From positions 1,582,758 through 1,614,757 of the forward strand of contig CAWBZI010000001.1 of the NCBI GenBank assembly GCA_963793265.1: a stretch of 32,000 nucleotides of DNA. The letters run 5' to 3'. The notes below the pieces were generated by a model, which was given only the letters and a program-made list of their open reading frames with translations, was not told the origin of the DNA and did not search any database. The position numbers and the translations under genes are program-made. The DNA comes from an uncultured cyanobacterium (GTDB lineage: Bacteria; Cyanobacteriota; Cyanobacteriia; Phormidesmidales; Phormidesmidaceae). This document shows, piece after piece, positions 25,759 through 32,000 of this stretch. The stretch's first letter is position 1, and every line of letters starts with the position of its first letter.

Positions 25759-26802
25759 CTATCGACGCATAGACTCTAGGCTTTCTCTATTACTGCGCTC
25801 AGTCAGCAAGCTAGAGATTAGCGAAGCAGGCTGCTGCTTGTGAGGCCAAGCGAACGAATGACGAAAAGCCGCTGCCTGACAGGCTCTAAGCTCATCAAAG
25901 CCAATCACGTCATGCGTGAGCAAGTTTTCATACTCAAATGGCAGTCGCACATTATGCAAACCCGCATTATCCGTACAGATAGCAATATCAACGCCTGCAT
26001 CGAAGCAGCGATCAAACACTGTCTTGAGCTGACCAATTTCTTCAAGCGTTCCTGTTTGCAAATACGTAGTTGGACACACTTCCAAACACTGCCCACGAGC
26101 GGCAACTTCCTTTAATAACTCGGGATAGCGCAATGGGATTTGGATACCGTGACCAATTCGCATCAGGTAGGGCAAAAGATCGGGATAGCAGCCGTCTTTT
26201 GTCTCGTATAAATGGCCCGTTGTGTTGAGCCCTAAGCTCTGGGCGTGTGCATAAAGCCGCTTAATTTCATCCAGATTGTAAACAGCGTCACCGCCTGCAA
26301 TATCGATCCCACACACGTACTCGGGGTACTGAGCTGCTAGCTCCAGGGTGGCGCGGTTAATTTCGTAAGGCAAACGGGAGTGCAAACACAGAATCTGCTT
26401 GGTGATTACTGGATATTCACTTTGGTGACTCGCCCGGCCAACCACCTCAATAATTTCGGCCATCGCATCGATTCTTTGCGTATCGCTTAGGCGAGCGGGC
26501 GTACGATAAAACGGCGTGTAGCGCAGTTCTAAATAAGCCAAATTCTCGAATATGTAAGCGCCTCTAATCAACCGATAAATGAAGTAGGGCAGCGCCTCTT
26601 TGGTTTGCACGCTCTCAACTAATGTGTGCAGCTCTAAATATTCTTCGAGCGTATCTTTGGGCTGCGTATAGAACAGCTCAAATGCAGAATAGTCAGTAAA
26701 TTTGTTTGAAATGTCGGGGCGATTACGCTCAAAGTAGCGCCATAGCACTCTAGGAACTACGGAACCACCAAGATGCCGGTGAAGCTCTGCGTACAAACTC
26801 AT
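25759..26802 (-). CDS. add: Adenosine/adenine deaminase family metallohydrolase
   Basis: The 347-aa ORF has the N-terminal metal-binding motif ELHRHLGGS, a GH motif (TGHLYE, RIGHG) and a C-terminal CTDNAG-type Asp motif. Confidence 0.85.
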   Translation of the reverse strand: MSLYAELHRHLGGSVVPRVLWRYFERNRPDISNKFTDYSAFELFYTQPKDTLEEYLELHTLVESVQTKEALPYFIYRLIRGAYIFENLAYLELRYTPFYRTPARLSDTQRIDAMAEIIEVVGRASHQSEYPVITKQILCLHSRLPYEINRATLELAAQYPEYVCGIDIAGGDAVYNLDEIKRLYAHAQSLGLNTTGHLYETKDGCYPDLLPYLMRIGHGIQIPLRYPELLKEVAARGQCLEVCPTTYLQTGTLEEIGQLKTVFDRCFDAGVDIAICTDNAGLHNVRLPFEYENLLTHDVIGFDELRACQAAAFRHSFAWPHKQQPASLISSLLTERSNRESLESMRR

Positions 26803-27224
26803 AGTGAAGTCCTCCGTTCGTAAAAAGTTGGTGAGTTATTGAGTCCAGCGAGGATAAAAAAGGTTAAACAAATCTATTCAATAGCCTTAAGTAGCTATCA
26901 AAAATGCAGTCTCAAAGAAGTGAATAAACTATGCTCGAATCAGCTTTATCTATTAGGACTTGGCGATTAGATAAAGCTTGATGTTTAGATCTCGTTAATA
27001 AGGCATCAGCGCATTTTTGGGGCAGTTTTTGCGTGATGCTCAGGTACCAAGCCAAGTATCAGACTTTGACGGTCAGGAAAAGCGTGAAAAAACTTAATTA
27101 GTTATTTCTACAGCATAACCAAGTTTTTAGGATGTGGGGGTAAGAACCCCGTGGAAGGTCATAAGTTGGCTACAAATAGTCCCAAATAAGTTCAGATTAA
27201 GTTGGGATGCTTCAATTTTTGTTG

Positions 27225-27254
27225 TTGACACTTCAATCAAAGCTTGGTGATAAT
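27225..27254 (+). promoter_or_regulatory. Candidate sigma70-type promoter for purA
   Basis: TTGACA (27225-27230), an 18-nt spacer, then GATAAT (27249-27254), ending 34 nt upstream of the purA TTG start. Confidence 0.45.
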
Positions 27255-27276
27255 GGTTGTTTGAATTGAACTCTAG

Positions 27277-28629
<1,353 letters not shown>

Positions 28630-28782
28630 ACACCCGCCTAGATCAGGTACAATCGATCTCCGGGTCTATTGCTTGAATTGGGCCTGCTACAGAGATGCTC
28701 CGAAGGCAACTGCTGGCGAAACGTCTTTACCTCAGACGATTTTATTGACATATTTTTGACTTGAACCACCCTAGTAACTCCC

Positions 28783-29430
28783 ATGGATTTAACGATTGAC
28801 TGCACCCAGCGCGCCTCGGACGAAAAGACCAAAAAGCTCCGTCGCGAAGGCACTTTGCCCGCCGTACTCTACGGACACGACGGCACTAACTCTGTAGCGC
28901 TCAAGCTCAGCAACTACGACGCCGAAGCGCTATTGCGCAAAGCCAGCGTCAACAAATCAGTCATCACAGTTAACGTGACTGATATGCCTTGGAGCGGCAA
29001 GGTCATCTTGCGCGAAGTGCAAAAGCACCCCTGGAAAAACAAGATTCATCACCTCAGCTTTTTCTCCATTGCCTCACAGGACTTTATTGAAGTCAGTATG
29101 CCTATCAACTTTGTAGGCGAGGCCGTTGGTGTCACTAACCAGGGCGGCACGCTAGACATGGTAATGACCGAAGTCCAGCTCAAGTGCCCACCCGATGCGA
29201 TTCCTCAGTCACTTGATGTAGATGTGTCTGCTTTGGATATCGGTGATGCGCTTCACGTAGGCGAAATTACGCTTCCTAAAGGCAGCTCTATTGCCGCTGA
29301 TGACAAGCTGCTAGTGGTTTCTGTGCTTGCACCTCGCACAACGACGCTTGAAGAGGAAGACGCAGCAGAAGATGCAGCAGCGGTAGCACCTGCTGAAGGC
29401 GAGGCCCCTGAAGCTGAAGCTGCACCATAA
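28783..29430 (+). CDS. rplY: 50S ribosomal protein L25 / general stress protein Ctc form
   Basis: The 215-aa ORF has the L25 N-terminal domain (RREGTLPAVLYG), the Ctc-type second domain and an acidic A/E-rich tail. Confidence 0.93.
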   Translation: MDLTIDCTQRASDEKTKKLRREGTLPAVLYGHDGTNSVALKLSNYDAEALLRKASVNKSVITVNVTDMPWSGKVILREVQKHPWKNKIHHLSFFSIASQDFIEVSMPINFVGEAVGVTNQGGTLDMVMTEVQLKCPPDAIPQSLDVDVSALDIGDALHVGEITLPKGSSIAADDKLLVVSVLAPRTTTLEEEDAAEDAAAVAPAEGEAPEAEAAP

Positions 29431-29471
29431 CAGAATGGCTTGAGTTATCTAAAACTCATCACACATTAGCA

Positions 29472-29515
29472 AAGGGCTAGGGATCAACATTCCTAGCCCT
29501 TTCGCTTTTCTTTGG
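29472..29515 (+). terminator. Rho-independent terminator after rplY
   Basis: AAGGGCTAGG (29472-29481) pairs perfectly with CCTAGCCCTT (29492-29501). TCGCTTTTCTTT follows. Confidence 0.7.
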
Positions 29516-29625
29516 TGTCTATATATTCCTATCTAATTCGTATATAAGGGTGTGCGCTCGCTAGCTGGCATAATGGCTGGGCTCGAACCGTGTTCACACG
29601 CCCCTAATAGCTCTCACTAACAGCC

Positions 29626-30672
29626 ATGACTGACTCTGCACTTCCGGCCCTCGTTCAACAAATGCTCAAGCCGGATTTTTATCCCCATCCGGTCACCGAG
29701 CCGATCAAACTCATGCAGACGCACGTCTCTCAAGTGCTGCTGACCGGCGACTACGTTTACAAGCTCAAAAAGCCCGTCAACTTCGGCTTTTTAGACTACG
29801 ACACCCTAGCCAAGCGCAAGCACTTTTGCGAAGAGGAAATCAAGCTTAACCAACGAGGCGCTGGTAGCTTGTACTTGGGCGTTGTAGCGCTTACCCAAGA
29901 CGGCGACAAAGTTGTAATTGATGGCGATGGCGAAGCGGTAGAGTACGCGGTTAAGATGCGTCAGTTTCCACAGTCGGCGCTGCTCAGCGATCAGTTTGAG
30001 CGCGGGCTGCTAGATGAAAAAAAGGTACGTGAGCTAGCGACGACCATTGCTCAGTTTCACGGCAAAACGGAAACAAACGAGCACATCCGTACTTATGGAA
30101 CGGTTGCGGCCATTCGACAGGCTTTTGATGAAAACTACGAGCAAACGGTAGGATTTGTCGGCGGAGATGATATCACGAAGCCTCAGACGCAAAAGCAGTT
30201 TGACGAGACAAAGGCATATACCGACAGTTTTTTTGATGAGCAGGCCGACCTTTTTCAAAAAAGGCTAGATCAAGACCGCATTCGCGCTTGTCACGGCGAC
30301 CTGCACTTAGGCAATATCTGCGAATGGGAAGACCAAATATATCTATTTGACTGCATCGAGTTCAACGAGCCGTTTCGCTTCGTCGATACGATGTACGACG
30401 TAGCCTATATCGTGATGGATTTAGAGCTAGCAGGCCGCAGCGACCTCAGCAAGATCTTTCTAAACCAATATGTAGAAGAGACAGGCGATTACGAAGGGCT
30501 AGAGATTTTGCCTTTGTACGTTAGCCGTCAGTCTTATGTGAGAGGAAAGGTGACTTCCTTTATGCTGGGCGATCCGTCTGTGTCTGAGGCAGATCAAAAG
30601 GCTGCGAGCGAAAGGGCGGCTAAGTACTACAAGCTGGCCTGGTCTTACGTGCAAAAAAAAACGGTAGCTTAG
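29626..30672 (+). CDS. APH-like phosphotransferase domain protein (5' ORF of a split bifunctional kinase)
   Basis: The 348-aa ORF has the kinase-like catalytic loop CHGDLHLGNI followed by FDCIEF. It ends 11 nt after an A9 run. Confidence 0.85.
   Translation: MTDSALPALVQQMLKPDFYPHPVTEPIKLMQTHVSQVLLTGDYVYKLKKPVNFGFLDYDTLAKRKHFCEEEIKLNQRGAGSLYLGVVALTQDGDKVVIDGDGEAVEYAVKMRQFPQSALLSDQFERGLLDEKKVRELATTIAQFHGKTETNEHIRTYGTVAAIRQAFDENYEQTVGFVGGDDITKPQTQKQFDETKAYTDSFFDEQADLFQKRLDQDRIRACHGDLHLGNICEWEDQIYLFDCIEFNEPFRFVDTMYDVAYIVMDLELAGRSDLSKIFLNQYVEETGDYEGLEILPLYVSRQSYVRGKVTSFMLGDPSVSEADQKAASERAAKYYKLAWSYVQKKTVA
30653..30661 (+). other. A9 homopolymer / A_AAA_AAA slippery site linking the two kinase ORFs
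   Basis: The zero frame reads CAA AAA AAA ACG GTA GCT TAG. The -1 frame reads AAA AAA AAC GGT AGC TTA GTC GCG ATG GCA GGG CTG TCG GGC..., which runs straight into the P-loop. Confidence 0.6.
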
Positions 30673-30677
30673 TCGCG

Positions 30678-31178
30678 ATGGCAGGGCTGTCGGGCTCAGG
30701 GAAAAGTACGACAGCTCAGAATTTGGCAGTGCAGGCAGGGGCGATTCGGCTGCGTTCAGATGCGATTCGGAAGCATTTGGCGGGGGTGCCGCTGCACGAA
30801 AAAGCGGGGGATGAAATCTATACTCCGGCGATGAGCGATAAGACCTACACGCGCTTAATTGAGCTGGGCGTTGAGCTGGCGAGGTTGGGATATTCGGTGA
30901 TTTTGGACGCTAAATTTGACCGGCAGGCTAAGCGGAAAGAGGCGATCGCACTCACCCAAGCCAAAAACATCCCCCTCACCTTTCTACACTGCACCGCGCC
31001 CGCTGATGTTCTAAAAGCCAGAGTTACCGCCCGTACAGGCGACATTGCCGACGCCACGGCTGATATTTTAGCCAAGCAGTCTATGGAGCCGTTTAGCGCT
31101 GAGGCAACTGTGAAAACAATAGATACAACCCTTAGCGAAGATGAAATTCAGGAGCAGCTTGCCAAGGTGTTCGCGTAA
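30678..31178 (+). CDS. P-loop (AAA_33-like) kinase domain protein (3' ORF of the split bifunctional kinase)
   Basis: The 166-aa ORF begins MAGLSGSGKST, so the Walker A motif starts at residue 3. No room is left for the beta-1 strand unless upstream in-frame codons (NGSLVA) are also translated. Confidence 0.8.
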   Translation: MAGLSGSGKSTTAQNLAVQAGAIRLRSDAIRKHLAGVPLHEKAGDEIYTPAMSDKTYTRLIELGVELARLGYSVILDAKFDRQAKRKEAIALTQAKNIPLTFLHCTAPADVLKARVTARTGDIADATADILAKQSMEPFSAEATVKTIDTTLSEDEIQEQLAKVFA

Positions 31179-31284
31179 GCGCATCTAGAATAATGAAACC
31201 GATTACAACCGAACCGGCTACGCGGTATAGCTTCGGGCTATATTGAGGGCACTTAATATATAGAAATCAACTGGATTAGGTACC

Positions 31285-31623
31285 TTGGCTGATTTAATCA
31301 TCCCAGCAGCTTTACAGATTTGGCTGGTCTTTTTACTTGTATTTGCGCTTTTGGGCTACCCAGTGCCTTTCAGCATCGTATTTGGTGCCATTGGCGGTAT
31401 TGCAGGCGGCATCGCTACGGCCTGGTGGCAAATTAAAGGCGGCGCGCCTGCCGATCCAAAAGGAGATGCCAAGAATCGCCCGCCCGTCGATAAGCTAGAG
31501 CCGCCCGAAACTTACGTGCCAGAATCTTCCTCACGATGGGATTTGCCTTTCTTTAGGCCCGGTAAGTCAAGGCAGCGGTATATGGAAAGAACCAGAAGGG
31601 CTCGGCACAGGAGGCTAAGATAA
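31285..31623 (+). CDS. Hypothetical small membrane protein with a basic C-terminus
   Basis: The 112-aa ORF has a TTG start, two hydrophobic helices and an R/K-rich tail. I recognise no family. Confidence 0.45.
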   Translation: MADLIIPAALQIWLVFLLVFALLGYPVPFSIVFGAIGGIAGGIATAWWQIKGGAPADPKGDAKNRPPVDKLEPPETYVPESSSRWDLPFFRPGKSRQRYMERTRRARHRRLR

Positions 31624-31679
31624 GCCACTGTTCGGCGCACTCAAAGGCGGATCGAATGCATGTGGTTTCAACTTAAGAT

Positions 31680-32000
31680 ATGTTCTTTCTTTCTAAGCTA
31701 CTCCCTCTGTTTATTTATCCAGTGGGTCTTAGCTGTTTGCTAATGGCACTCGGGCTCGTGTGGCTGTGGCGCTATCCCAGGCGGGCAAGTTGGGCGATCG
31801 CACTCTCCTTTTTCATTCTCTTTTTCACCAGCAACCCCATCGTCAGCGACAAATTCGTCAGCACCCTAGAATGGCGCTACTTCCCCCTCGACCCGATCCC
31901 CACAGCGGACGCGATTGTGGTGTTAGGTGGTGCGACTGCCCCCGCATCAGCGCCGCGGCCTTGGGTGGAAGTACTGGAGGCAGGCGATCGCATCCTCTAC
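31680..32000 (+). CDS. YdcF/ElyC (DUF218) family protein. The 5' part is present; the CDS runs off the right edge.
   Basis: It is missing from the ORF track because no stop lies in the window. My manual translation from ATG 31680 reads MFFLSKLLPLFIYPVGLSCLLMALGLVWLW...ADAIVVLGGAT...AGDRILY, a typical DUF218 N-terminus. The frame is open for 107 codons to the window end. Confidence 0.7.
   Translation, partial: MFFLSKLLPLFIYPVGLSCLLMALGLVWLWRYPRRASWAIALSFFILFFTSNPIVSDKFVSTLEWRYFPLDPIPTADAIVVLGGATAPASAPRPWVEVLEAGDRILY

Overview
The window looks like a cyanobacterial chromosomal segment. I count 30 copies of the HIP1 octamer GCGATCGC by eye, and the gene content is mostly housekeeping. Recognisable genes are initiator tRNA-fMet, asparaginase II, a CGLD27/DUF1230 protein, RsfS, a cyclophilin, an sdhCAB operon, RNase HI, a HIT protein, ComM/YifB, RecQ, a VapBC-like toxin-antitoxin pair, TerC, HisS, a LuxR-type regulator, adenosine deaminase, PurA and L25/Ctc. 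Two further CDSs run off the window edges and are absent from the ORF track. The main accessory feature is an AT-rich, HIP1-free block of about 5 kb (about 11.08-16.11 kb) that ends directly upstream of comM. It is bracketed by colinear imperfect direct repeats. It carries two small coiled-coil ORFs, a membrane-anchored pentapeptide-repeat protein with a long coiled-coil tail, and a three-gene restriction-modification module. That module is a C5 cytosine methyltransferase, an HNH nuclease with a fused RHH-like tail, and an XRE-type controller protein with GACT/AGTC operator-like repeats. A second notable observation is an APH-like kinase ORF and a P-loop kinase ORF separated at an A9 run, where a -1 shift would restore one fused protein. 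Other points are a RecQ whose conserved N-terminus lies upstream of any canonical start codon, and tandem paralogous small beta-barrel outer-membrane proteins, one carrying a 6 x 15-nt coding repeat. There is also a 31-bp perfect palindrome, an RNase HI with a long C-terminal extension, and a type-B sdhCAB operon. All functional calls come from reading motifs in the translations. No database searches were run.
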